Shown here piece by piece: positions 17,007 through 27,801 of a DNA stretch of 32,000 nt. Source of the stretch: Crocosphaera subtropica ATCC 51142 (lineage in GTDB: Bacteria; Cyanobacteriota; Cyanobacteriia; Cyanobacteriales; Microcystaceae). Below the pieces are notes generated by a model. The model was given only the letters and a program-made list of their open reading frames with translations, was not told where the DNA came from and made no database searches. Position 1 is the first letter of the stretch; every line of letters starts with the position of its first letter. The stretch spans positions 2,940,001 through 2,972,000 of the forward strand of contig NC_010546.1 of the NCBI RefSeq assembly GCF_000017845.1, written 5' to 3'. The translations under genes were made by a program, and so were the position numbers.

Positions 17007-18140
17007 ATGGATAATGATAGAGCATTACAAGAATTTAAAACAGCAATTTATCAGAATAAAAATGAAGATCATAACCTAATTAAACTAGGATTAACCTTGT
17101 TAGAATCAGGAGATTTTCAGCAACGGTGGGAAGTAGCAAAATTGTTCCCTAAACTGGGAGAAAAGATTATTGATCCCTTATTAAGTATTTTAGAAAATGA
17201 AAGTATAGAAGTTGAATATCGTTGGTTCATTGCTCGTATTTTATCGGAATTTAATGATGTAAGAATAATTATTTCTTTTACTCAACTGTTAGAAACCACA
17301 GAAGAAGAGGAACTTTTAAACGTAATAGCAGAGGGGTTAGGAAAGATAGGTATTTCTGCTATAAATCGCTTAGAAACATTATTACAAAAGGATGAATCTT
17401 CTAGATTAGTCGCTGTGAAAGCATTAGCACAAATTCGTCATTCAGAGACTATTGAACCTTTGCTCAAAGTTGTCAATGATCCTCAACCAGAAATTCGGGC
17501 GATCGCTTTAGAATCTTTAGGAAGTTTTCATCGAAAACAATTGATTCCTATCTTTATTGAAGCATTAAATGATCCTGTTTCTATGGTTCGTAAAGAAGCT
17601 ATTATTATTCTAGGAATGCAATCAGAATTAACAACAGAATTTAACATTATTCAACATTTGGAACCATTACTTTATGACATAAATTTAGAAATTTGTCAAC
17701 AGACTGCCCTAACTTTAGGACGAATGAAAAGCGATGAAGCCATAGAAGAATTATCCATAGTTCTCCAGAAAGAAACAACCCCTATAGAGCTAAAAAAAGC
17801 CGTTATCCAAGGATTAAGTTGGACGGAATCACCACAAGCTTTAATTAATTTAAAACAAGAATTATCTAGAGAAAATTTAGAAGTTTGTTTAATAATAATT
17901 CGTTTATTAGGGACTCAAAAAAGCGAAATAGTTAGACATCAAGCGAGTCAAATTTTAATAGATTTTTTAGCATCAAAAAAAACCATCAGTCAACAACCTA
18001 AAATAAAACAAGAGATAGCCGTTTCTTTAGGAGAATTAGGGGGTAAAACAGCCATCACTTGCCTTAAAAAACTAGCAAATGACCCTAATAAATCTGTTAA
18101 ATTACACTCGATCGCAGGATTAAAAAAGAATAACCATTAA
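17007..18140 (+). CDS. HEAT-repeat (PBS-lyase type) protein
   Basis: Repeated AV.AL..I....AI.PL...L.D....VR..A..AL units (for example LLKVVNDPQPEIRAIALESLG and IEALNDPVSMVRKEAIIILG). Starts 13 nt after the kinase stop. Confidence 0.8.
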   Translation: MDNDRALQEFKTAIYQNKNEDHNLIKLGLTLLESGDFQQRWEVAKLFPKLGEKIIDPLLSILENESIEVEYRWFIARILSEFNDVRIIISFTQLLETTEEEELLNVIAEGLGKIGISAINRLETLLQKDESSRLVAVKALAQIRHSETIEPLLKVVNDPQPEIRAIALESLGSFHRKQLIPIFIEALNDPVSMVRKEAIIILGMQSELTTEFNIIQHLEPLLYDINLEICQQTALTLGRMKSDEAIEELSIVLQKETTPIELKKAVIQGLSWTESPQALINLKQELSRENLEVCLIIIRLLGTQKSEIVRHQASQILIDFLASKKTISQQPKIKQEIAVSLGELGGKTAITCLKKLANDPNKSVKLHSIAGLKKNNH

Positions 18141-18198
18141 AAATTGATGGTTGAACCCAATTTACCTATTTATGACTTTTTTTAGCAAACCTTACTTA

Positions 18199-18450
18199 TC
18201 ATTTTGTCGGGAACCAATCTTCATCTAATAATTGTTCGAGACTATAAGGACATTTTTGAGGAAAAGTATTAAGCTCAGTTTTTCTCTTAGTATATTTAAG
18301 ACTATTTTGATAAATTAACTCAAATCTGCTAACTAAAAAATTTTGTAAATTTTTGGTTAAGATACCCTTGATCTGAAATCTAAATTCAGTAATCTCTGCT
18401 TTCCAATCAGCGGCATTATATTGAGATTCTTGTGACCAATATTCTAACAA
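18199..18450 (-). pseudogene. DUF29-family gene remnant lacking the N-terminal third
   Basis: The C-terminus FPQKCPYSLEQLLDEDWFP is the characteristic DUF29 ending. The frame upstream reads ATG AGT TAA, then continues HNIAHLLLLEYW. No ELD/EEIE-type N-terminal segment was found upstream. Confidence 0.5.
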
Positions 18451-18604
18451 TAAAAGATGAGCGATGTTATGTTAACTCATCCTCACACCAAATATTAATG
18501 TTGATAATTTAATTATTGTACATTTTAAGAAGTTAAAATGTAGACTTTGTAGTTAAATTTTTTCTTCTATTAACATTAACTACTAACATCAACAAATTTG
18601 ATAT

Positions 18605-19115
18605 TTATTTCTGCTTAACTTTTCCTAACTTGCGTTTGAAACCAGCACCGAAGGCAATAGCAGCACCAGCCCCCAACATAGTTAAAGGTTCAGGTACAGC
18701 CTGTACTTCAGTCGCAATAGCATAGGTTCGTTCAAAACCACCAAAGGTAAGTTGTGAACTAAATCCCACTGTGCTATTATCATCATCGAAGTAGGAACCT
18801 GCAACGTAATTAGAAAATTCTGCACTAGAAAAGCCTGAACTAGAAGAGCCTCTACCAAAAATAGGGGCCCGATGAACCATTAAGATTGGGTAAACCCAAA
18901 GCGTTTCCGACCTGAGTTGCCGCACTTCTTGCTAGATTTTCATCTCCAAACCAAGGAGTCATACTCAGTGTACTCGACAAGTTATCGTAAGTACCAACAA
19001 CTGTGGAAACTTCATAATCTGTCCCATTTAAGGTAATCTGGGCTGCTTCAGCAGCATTAGTCAATCCAAAACTGGCTAGAGCAATAGTGGTTGCTAACGT
19101 GGCTGTTTTGAGCAT
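18605..19115 (-). pseudogene. PEP-CTERM sorting-domain protein disrupted by a 1-nt frameshift
   Basis: Signal peptide MLKTATLATTIALASFGLTNAAEA, from the ATG at 19113-19115, lies in one frame. The other frame carries VPEPLTMLGAGAAIAFGAGFKRKLGK (PEP motif, TM helix and basic tail). The frames overlap at 18852-18925. The total length of 511 nt is not a multiple of 3. Confidence 0.75.
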
Positions 19116-19236
19116 AGTGTTTGATTCAGTAATAGTTACATAGGTAGTTTTACCCCCCCCATTTTTTGTCAAGGTCTTGTCAGTATTTGTTAAATTTTCC
19201 TCGTTTTTTGCAAAATATCCAACAATTTTCTTGTGG

Positions 19237-20859
<1,623 letters not shown>

Positions 20860-21004
20860 TTATAGAATCCAACAAGATAATCACTAAAAGTATAATCAAT
20901 GATTAACAGACATTTATGGCATTTCAGAAAGTCCTTATACTTAATCTTTTATAGTCCTAGGCACTGGGCAATCCACCATAATCAGTTATGATAAGTTTGA
21001 AAGT

Positions 21005-21019
21005 TTACTAATATTTTAA
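21005..21019. repeat. 15-nt exact direct repeat, copy 1 (ttactaatattttaa)
   Basis: Identical 15-mer at 21120-21134, in the pyrG / 21283 divergent intergenic region. Confidence 0.8.
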
Positions 21020-21119
21020 CCTTTTTTTGGGCTGTTATCATAAACCAGTAACCTCAGTATAAAAATGAGTTAAGATATTTTCTGTCTTTTTAATTATCAT
21101 TCTGAGGTAACCAAGAATC

Positions 21120-21134
21120 TTACTAATATTTTAA
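21120..21134. repeat. 15-nt exact direct repeat, copy 2 (ttactaatattttaa)
   Basis: Identical to 21005-21019. An inverted 7-8 bp pair acctcag/ctgaggt lies between the copies. Confidence 0.8.
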
Positions 21135-21282
21135 TCATAATGCGTAGGGTTAAAGTTTAGCCAAAAGATAATTACTTTTAATCAAATAGAAGTAATTTTT
21201 TGAAGACTCTTTCCATAGAAAGATGACAAACAATATGGTTTTTGTTAACATTATAGTTAGAAAAGGATAATAATACCTAATC

Positions 21283-21951
21283 ATGAGCTATAGTAACCAA
21301 AAAATGAATAACGACTTTGAAAAAACATTGAAAACCATTAATGATGAAGTTTATAAACAGATAGAATATAACCTAAAACCCCACTTAGAAGAAACAGGAA
21401 AAGCATTAGAAACCGTAGCTAAAAATCCTATTTTACAAAAGATTTATCCCTGGATAGGATTACAGTGGTTAATGTATATTTTAGGAGAAGTTGATCATAA
21501 TAAAATACAAGCACATATTGACCAATTACGACAAAAATATCCGACCGAAACTCCCGAACAATTAGCCAATAGAATCATTCAACAACAGGGGATAGAAGCA
21601 GCGAAAGTCGGAGTTTTTACTAACTTGATCCCTCCCTTTGCTTTATTTTTATTGGGATTAGAATTTTCAGCCATTACCAAACTACAAGTAGAAATGATTT
21701 ATAAACTGGCTGCTGCTTATAACCTAACCCTAGAAACCCCTTTACGTCGGGGGGAAAATTTTGCCTTATATAATTTATCTTTAGGGGGTGGATTGCTCAA
21801 AACCAGTTTAAGTGTTATTGAAATAATACCAGGAATTGGACCGATTGTGGGAGCTTGTAGTGATGCTATCTTATTATATGGACTCGGTTATGCCACCACT
21901 TGGTTGTATCAAAATACAGTAGAAAAAAATCAAAAAATCACTCAATATTAA
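21283..21951 (+). CDS. Conserved hypothetical protein, EcsC/DUF697-like C-terminal region
   Basis: 222 aa. The hydrophobic, glycine-rich C-terminal half (VGVFTNLIPPFALFLLG..LQVEMIYKLAAAYN..IIPGIGPIVGA) resembles the EcsC/DUF697 pattern. The assignment is from memory of family patterns only. Confidence 0.6.
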   Translation: MSYSNQKMNNDFEKTLKTINDEVYKQIEYNLKPHLEETGKALETVAKNPILQKIYPWIGLQWLMYILGEVDHNKIQAHIDQLRQKYPTETPEQLANRIIQQQGIEAAKVGVFTNLIPPFALFLLGLEFSAITKLQVEMIYKLAAAYNLTLETPLRRGENFALYNLSLGGGLLKTSLSVIEIIPGIGPIVGACSDAILLYGLGYATTWLYQNTVEKNQKITQY

Positions 21952-22093
21952 ATCAAATTAAATAATGATTCATTATTAAGTACGGATATCCACATCTTTG
22001 AGGTGTAATAATCCCAAAATGAAACAATGGTCAAAATCAGAGACAATGAGAAGAGACAATATGTAAACCCTATTCTAACAACAAGGAAAAACT

Positions 22094-24088
22094 ATGGCGG
22101 TACTGGAAAAAGGTAATATTACCATTCATACTGAGAATATTTTTCCCATTATTAAGAAGTCTCTCTACACCGATCACGAAATCTTCTTACGGGAATTAAT
22201 TTCTAATGCAGTGGATGCCATTTCTAAGTTAAAAATGGCTTCTTTAGCAGGGGAACTATCTGGGGATGTTCCTGAACCCGAAATTACTATTACTGTTGAT
22301 AAGAGTAATAAAACCCTTTCTATTTATGATAACGGTATTGGCATGACCGTTGATGAGATCAAAAAATATATCAATCAAGTTGCTTTTTCAAGTGCAGAAG
22401 AATTTGTACAAAAATATCAAAAAAGTGCCAATGATTTGATCGGTCATTTTGGTTTAGGGTTCTACTCTGCCTTTATGGTAGCCAAACAAGTAGAAATTGA
22501 TACGTTATCCTATAAAGAAGGAGCAAAAGCGGTTCATTGGTCTTGTGATGGTTCTCCTGAATTTGAGATAACTGAGTCTTCTAAAACTCAGATAGGGACA
22601 ACCATTACATTAACCTTAATGGACGACGAACAGGAATATTTAGAACCTCAACGGATTCGTCAATTAGTTAAAACTTATTCTGATTTTGTTCCCGTTCCCA
22701 TTAAGTTTGAAAATGAAACCATTAACCGACAAAAAGCACTCTGGAAAGAATCTCCCCAAAATTTAACGGATGAGGACTATTTAGAGTTTTACCGTTACCT
22801 CTATCCTTTCCAAGAAGATCCCTTATTATGGGTGCATTTAAACACGGATTATCCCTATCTTTTAAACGGGATTTTATACTTTCCTAAATTACGTCCTGAT
22901 GTTGATGTCTCCCAAGGACATATTAAACTGTTTTGTAATCAGGTATTTGTTAATGATCACTGTGAAGAAATTATTCCAGAATTTTTAATGCCGTTACGGG
23001 GGGTTATTGATAGTCCTGATATTCCCTTAAACGTTTCCCGAAGTGCCTTAACGAATCATCGTACCGTTCGCAGTATTGCTAATCACATCGCCAAAAAGAT
23101 TGCCGATCGCCTCAAATCTATCTATAATGAGACTCCCGAAGAGTATATTAAATGTTGGCAAGATGTGGGAACCTTTATTAAATACGGTTCTCTCAAAGAC
23201 GATAAATTTAAGAAGCAAGTCGAAGATATCCTCATCTACAAAACCACTTATAAAGCGGATAAAGTAGCAGGAAAATCTAAGACTGAAACCCCACAAGTCC
23301 AAGTAGAAGGAGAAGGGGATCTCTGGGAAGATGTCACTCCTAAGACTGAAAATGAGGAAAAATTTAGTTACGAAAGCGAAGGATATACCACCTTACCAGC
23401 TTACTTAGAACGGAACAAAGAACGTCACGAGAATCGTATCTTTTACTGTACCGATCCTGATACCCAAGCCACTTATGTAGAACTGTACAAAAATCAAGGA
23501 TTAGAGATCCTATTTATGGACTCTTTCATCGATACTAATTACTTTATTCCTTTCCTAGAAAGAGAATATTCTGAGGTTAAATTCTCCCGTGTCGATGCGG
23601 AATTAGATGATACTTTAGTTCAACAAGATAAAGCGGATGAAATTGTTGATCCCAACACCAATAAAACCCGCAGCGATCAAATTAAGGAAATCTTTGAGAA
23701 GGCTTTAAATAATAATAAAGTCAACATCAAAACCCAAGCTTTAAAATCAGATACTCCTGAAAGTACACCCCCTGCGATGGTATTATTACCCGAAGCGATG
23801 AGACGTTTTCGTGAGATGATGGCTGTCTCTCAACAACAGGTAATGGACTTTCCAGAAGAACACGTTTTCGTCATTAATACCACCCATCCGTTGATCGAAA
23901 ATATCTATCAGTTGAGTCAGGGAAGTATTATCCAAGCAGGAGGTGAGTCTCCCTCAGCAGAAATGGCTAAAATGTTGTGTCAACATATCTACGATTTAGC
24001 CTTAATTGCACAAAAAGGACTTGATGGTGAGGGGATGAAATCTTTTGTTGAACGATCAAATCAAGTGTTAACTCGTTTAACTAAATAG
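22094..24088 (+). CDS. htpG: Molecular chaperone HtpG (Hsp90)
   Basis: ELISNAVDAISK, GIGMT, IGHFGLGFYSAFMVA and SRSALTN motifs. 664 aa. Confidence 0.97.
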   Translation: MAVLEKGNITIHTENIFPIIKKSLYTDHEIFLRELISNAVDAISKLKMASLAGELSGDVPEPEITITVDKSNKTLSIYDNGIGMTVDEIKKYINQVAFSSAEEFVQKYQKSANDLIGHFGLGFYSAFMVAKQVEIDTLSYKEGAKAVHWSCDGSPEFEITESSKTQIGTTITLTLMDDEQEYLEPQRIRQLVKTYSDFVPVPIKFENETINRQKALWKESPQNLTDEDYLEFYRYLYPFQEDPLLWVHLNTDYPYLLNGILYFPKLRPDVDVSQGHIKLFCNQVFVNDHCEEIIPEFLMPLRGVIDSPDIPLNVSRSALTNHRTVRSIANHIAKKIADRLKSIYNETPEEYIKCWQDVGTFIKYGSLKDDKFKKQVEDILIYKTTYKADKVAGKSKTETPQVQVEGEGDLWEDVTPKTENEEKFSYESEGYTTLPAYLERNKERHENRIFYCTDPDTQATYVELYKNQGLEILFMDSFIDTNYFIPFLEREYSEVKFSRVDAELDDTLVQQDKADEIVDPNTNKTRSDQIKEIFEKALNNNKVNIKTQALKSDTPESTPPAMVLLPEAMRRFREMMAVSQQQVMDFPEEHVFVINTTHPLIENIYQLSQGSIIQAGGESPSAEMAKMLCQHIYDLALIAQKGLDGEGMKSFVERSNQVLTRLTK

Positions 24089-24264
24089 TGATCCATTAAT
24101 ACAACCTGAGTTCGACGGAAGAGAATCTATGGAGAACTGACAACCAACAAGAAGTCTCAAACCCTGATTCCTTCCTTAAAAAAATTCTAACTCCGTTGCG
24201 TAGCACGACGTAGTCGCACTCCGAACTCCTAACACCGAACTCACGTTAATACAGCGTCAAACTA

Positions 24265-24293
24265 GGGTGGACTATGTCCACCTTTTTATTTTT
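24265..24293 (+). terminator. Rho-independent terminator downstream of htpG
   Basis: The stem pairs ggtggac (24266-24272) with gtccacc (24276-24282), with a tat loop, followed by tttttattttt. Confidence 0.75.
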
Positions 24294-24492
24294 ACGGCAC
24301 TTTGCGAGTTATTAAAGTATACACCTCCCTTCTGCCTTAAAGTGATCGCCTGTGTACCTCACAAGTATGGGAACTGCTACATAAGACATCTAGAAGTAGA
24401 AATTAAAACTCATCATACTCAGTCAGTACACATAAAAAATTGCAAAGTTAGGAGAGGGAACAATCTTATGAAATGACAACAAATTTAAGAGC

Positions 24493-25668
24493 CTATTCCA
24501 TGGTATCGGAATAAGTCTGTTCTACTGTAACCTCAGAAGAACTTTCCCCTGTCAGAATATCTAGACGGGGAGGAATTTGAGTATTTAATTGATTAATGGC
24601 CCATTTGGCTGTCTCTTGAACTTCACGATCGCTATCATCAATAGCATGACAAAGAAGTTGACTAATTTGGGACATTAACTCATAAATACGGGTTAAGTCT
24701 CTAATCGCATTCTTACGCACTTGAGGATTTTTATCTTGTAAAGAAATAGTTAAAGCATGGTTCATCGGTTTGAGAGTTCTTGCACTAATTTGAGACAGTG
24801 CTTCTAAGATTAAGCTACGTTCTTGGGAGTCAGTATCGATCATCAAATCCACTAAGGGATTCATCGCTCTAGAATCGGCGGTTTGCGCCAATTTCCAAAT
24901 GGCTTGACGACGTTTTTTCGGGTCATTCTGTCGTAATTCCCCTAATAAAGTTTCGATAGGATCTCCACTAGGGATACGAGTCGTGGTTTGAACGGGTAAA
25001 GCCGTTTCAGATTCTGAGGTTTGTACCACCACTTCTGAAGGGTTTTCCGATGGTAATTGGTAGGTTTGTGATGATGGTTTTATTTCTGGTTCATGGGAGT
25101 TGTTACTATTCCTATCCCTTTCCCGTTTTTCCTCAAAATCCCTATCCTCATCCAAATTGATGGCCAATTCTTCTTGTTTATTAGGTTGTAATAATTCTTC
25201 TTCAAATTTATCTTGAGAATAGGTTGAAGCACGACGTAAAAATAGCCAAATCCCTATACCAATTCCTAAAGCAACCACAAATAAGCTCAGCCAGATAGCG
25301 AGTCCACTCCCTAGTAAATTGGTTACAGGATTACTTTGTCTAGCAATATAAAATTCGACGTTTTGCAGAGCTTGTTGAGCATACAGATCATTCGGTCGTA
25401 GTTCAAGAGCTTTTTTAAACTGTTGTTGTGCCGTTTGATAATCTTTTTGTTGAGTTGCTTTATACCCTGCTTGCATGGCCTGATCGTAAGAGGAACTGGA
25501 CAAAGGAGAGGGGGTTGAGGAATCACTGGTTGTCCCTTGAGCAAGGATCTCTTCTTTTCTGTCAATCTCATCAAGGATTAATGGACGAGTCTTAGCCACA
25601 CTTAGGGGAGGGCAAGCTAAATAGGATAAACAGATTAATATTAATACAGATAAACGATAGTAAATCAT
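24493..25668 (-). CDS. Signal peptide / TPR-like / TM / acidic linker / C-terminal HEAT-repeat protein
   Basis: N-terminal hydrophobic leader (LSVLILICLSYLACPP). TPR-like YQTAQQQFKKALELRPNDLYAQQAL. TM helix (LAIWLSLFVVALGIGIGIWLF). E/D/R-rich linker. HEAT units (RRQAIWKLAQ..AMNPLVDLM.D.D; VRKNAIRDL). Confidence 0.75.
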   Translation of the reverse strand: MIYYRLSVLILICLSYLACPPLSVAKTRPLILDEIDRKEEILAQGTTSDSSTPSPLSSSSYDQAMQAGYKATQQKDYQTAQQQFKKALELRPNDLYAQQALQNVEFYIARQSNPVTNLLGSGLAIWLSLFVVALGIGIGIWLFLRRASTYSQDKFEEELLQPNKQEELAINLDEDRDFEEKRERDRNSNNSHEPEIKPSSQTYQLPSENPSEVVVQTSESETALPVQTTTRIPSGDPIETLLGELRQNDPKKRRQAIWKLAQTADSRAMNPLVDLMIDTDSQERSLILEALSQISARTLKPMNHALTISLQDKNPQVRKNAIRDLTRIYELMSQISQLLCHAIDDSDREVQETAKWAINQLNTQIPPRLDILTGESSSEVTVEQTYSDTME

Positions 25669-25737
25669 AATATGGCTTTCAAAGCAGGGATTAATAGTTG
25701 TCTTATTAATAGCTTAAACGCTTAGCAGAATGGTTCT

Positions 25738-27426
25738 TTAATGAATCTCATCCTTCCACCAACGACGATCACAAACTAGAGTATGTTTTTCCCATTGTTG
25801 AGAAGGTTGAGGATAGTCTTGGCGATAATGTCCACCCCTGCTTTCGGTGCGAAATAAGGCACTATTGAGTATTAAATAAGCAATATCCAATAAGTTAAGG
25901 GTTTCAGAGCAGGTTCGTAAATAGGTTTGACCGTTGGCTCCTTCAAATTTAACCGATTGACCCGGTAATAGGTTGAGAATTGGTTGACTCAGAGAAAAAG
26001 CTTTCATTTGTTTTTGCCATAGACTAACTTGTGAGAGTGCTGCTTCTAATACGGTTTGACGACGGGAAATCCCGGCACTTTGCCACATCAACTGAGGTAA
26101 GGCTTGACGAATTTCCCTAACTTCAGGAATTTCTTGCTCCCATTGTGATTCGTTGTTGATCATAAACTCTGTTGTCTTGGTTATGGGGACTGGGGCAGTG
26201 ACCTTCAGTTTTGATAATTGACCTGCGAACACTAAACACTCTAGCAAAGAATTACTAGCGAGACGATTAGCCCCGTGAACCCCTGTACTAGCAGTTTCTC
26301 CAATGGCATACAGCCCTTCAATGGAGGTCGCATTGTTCAAATTCACTTTAACCCCTCCCATCCAATAATGGGCAGCAGGAGCCACGGGAATAGGTTCGTG
26401 AAACACATCAATACCCCATTTTTGACACACACGAATAATATTGGGGAAGCGGTGACGAATTCGTTCAGGTTCGATGGGACGTAAATCAAGATAAACGTTC
26501 GTTTGAGGGGGATCAGCCTTTTGACTTTGTAAATAATGAAAAATAGCTCGGCTCACCACGTCTCTCGGAGCTAACTCTCCAGCCGGATGATAATCAAAAG
26601 CAAAGCGTTTTCCCTGAGCATCAACAAGATGAGCGCCTTCTCCTCTAACCGCTTCACTAATGAGAAAATGAGGGGCTCCTGGTTTAGTTAAAGCAGTGGG
26701 GTGAAATTGAAAAAATTCTAAGTCCCTCACCATAGCCCCTGCACGCCACGCTAAAGCGACCCCATCCCCTGTACTCACAGCAGGATTAGTGGTTTGGGCA
26801 TAAACCTGTCCACCGCCCCCTGTAGCTAAAATAACAGCAGATGCTTGAAGCCAATAAATTTGGCCTTGGTAGAGAACACTTAGACCTTGACAGCGTTTTG
26901 GCTCTGGCTCAATCCACAATTGCAAGGCGATCGCTTGAGCAATAATCTCGATATTGGGTCGTTGGATAACTTTTTCGGTTAGGGTACTAATAATGGCTCG
27001 TCCTGTAGTATCAGCAGCGTGTAACACACGGGGATGAGAATGGGCTGCTTCTAGGGTCATGGCCAGTTGTTGTCCTTTGCGATCGAAAGCGACTCCCATG
27101 TCAACTAAAGATTGAATGGCAGAGGGCGCATGATTGACTAAAAATTGAACAGCACTTTCATCGCATAAACCAGCCCCTGCTTTGAGGGTATCTTCTTGGT
27201 GAAAGATAGGGGAGTCCTCTGGAGCAATGGCCGCAGCAATTCCCCCCTGCGCCCAATCACTGGCTCCTGTTTTTAAGGTATCTTTGGTAATTAGTCCCAC
27301 ATGATAATGAGTAGGCAAACACAGCGCAGCATACAATCCGGCTGCCCCTGAACCCACTACAATAATGTCAAATTGGGTGGTTAAACCCTTCGTTTCCACA
27401 GAGTTTGCTGAAGATATCAAGGTCAA
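25738..27426 (-). CDS. nadB: L-aspartate oxidase
   Basis: FAD-binding DIIVVGSGAAGL. RPIEPERIRHRFPNI, GETASTGVHGANRLASNSLLE and ESRGGHYR motifs. The start is a TTG at 27426. An alternative GTG lies at 27397-27399. Confidence 0.93.
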   Translation of the reverse strand: MTLISSANSVETKGLTTQFDIIVVGSGAAGLYAALCLPTHYHVGLITKDTLKTGASDWAQGGIAAAIAPEDSPIFHQEDTLKAGAGLCDESAVQFLVNHAPSAIQSLVDMGVAFDRKGQQLAMTLEAAHSHPRVLHAADTTGRAIISTLTEKVIQRPNIEIIAQAIALQLWIEPEPKRCQGLSVLYQGQIYWLQASAVILATGGGGQVYAQTTNPAVSTGDGVALAWRAGAMVRDLEFFQFHPTALTKPGAPHFLISEAVRGEGAHLVDAQGKRFAFDYHPAGELAPRDVVSRAIFHYLQSQKADPPQTNVYLDLRPIEPERIRHRFPNIIRVCQKWGIDVFHEPIPVAPAAHYWMGGVKVNLNNATSIEGLYAIGETASTGVHGANRLASNSLLECLVFAGQLSKLKVTAPVPITKTTEFMINNESQWEQEIPEVREIRQALPQLMWQSAGISRRQTVLEAALSQVSLWQKQMKAFSLSQPILNLLPGQSVKFEGANGQTYLRTCSETLNLLDIAYLILNSALFRTESRGGHYRQDYPQPSQQWEKHTLVCDRRWWKDEIH

Positions 27427-27801
27427 TTGGTCAATTTTTATTATAAATTCCTTACTATCTTAACTTTAACCGTTTCTACTAATCGATAGAAATCTTTAAG
27501 ATAGATCCTTTCACTCGATTGAAGCTAATGCAGTGATTGCTCTCACCGAGTTAAGGTGATTTTTTGGGTTGACGATCCCTAAAGAGTTTTGAATACTAAA
27601 GGTAGTTCCTTAACCAATAATTAACCATTTGTTGAATGTGTTTAATCAATTCTTTTTTTCCGTAAAATTACTGATATTTTTTTCTAAAAACCTCAAAAAT
27701 ATTCCAAAAAAATAACCCTTTTTGATAACTTTTAATAACATTTTTCAGATTCAATTTTGCTTAAGATAAACTAGAAAATAAAGAAGAAAAAAGGAGAAGT
27801 A

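Noticed and set aside
24267-24476. 69-aa ORF downstream of htpG
   Set aside because: It begins inside the htpG terminator hairpin, has no SD, and has an unusual composition. It is probably non-coding.
27543-27565. Plus-strand terminator-like hairpin (tcacc-gagttaa-ggtga followed by T6) in the nadB / pentapeptide intergenic region
   Set aside because: The stem is only 5 bp, and no upstream plus-strand gene or promoter was identified. It could mark a small RNA, but the evidence is too thin.
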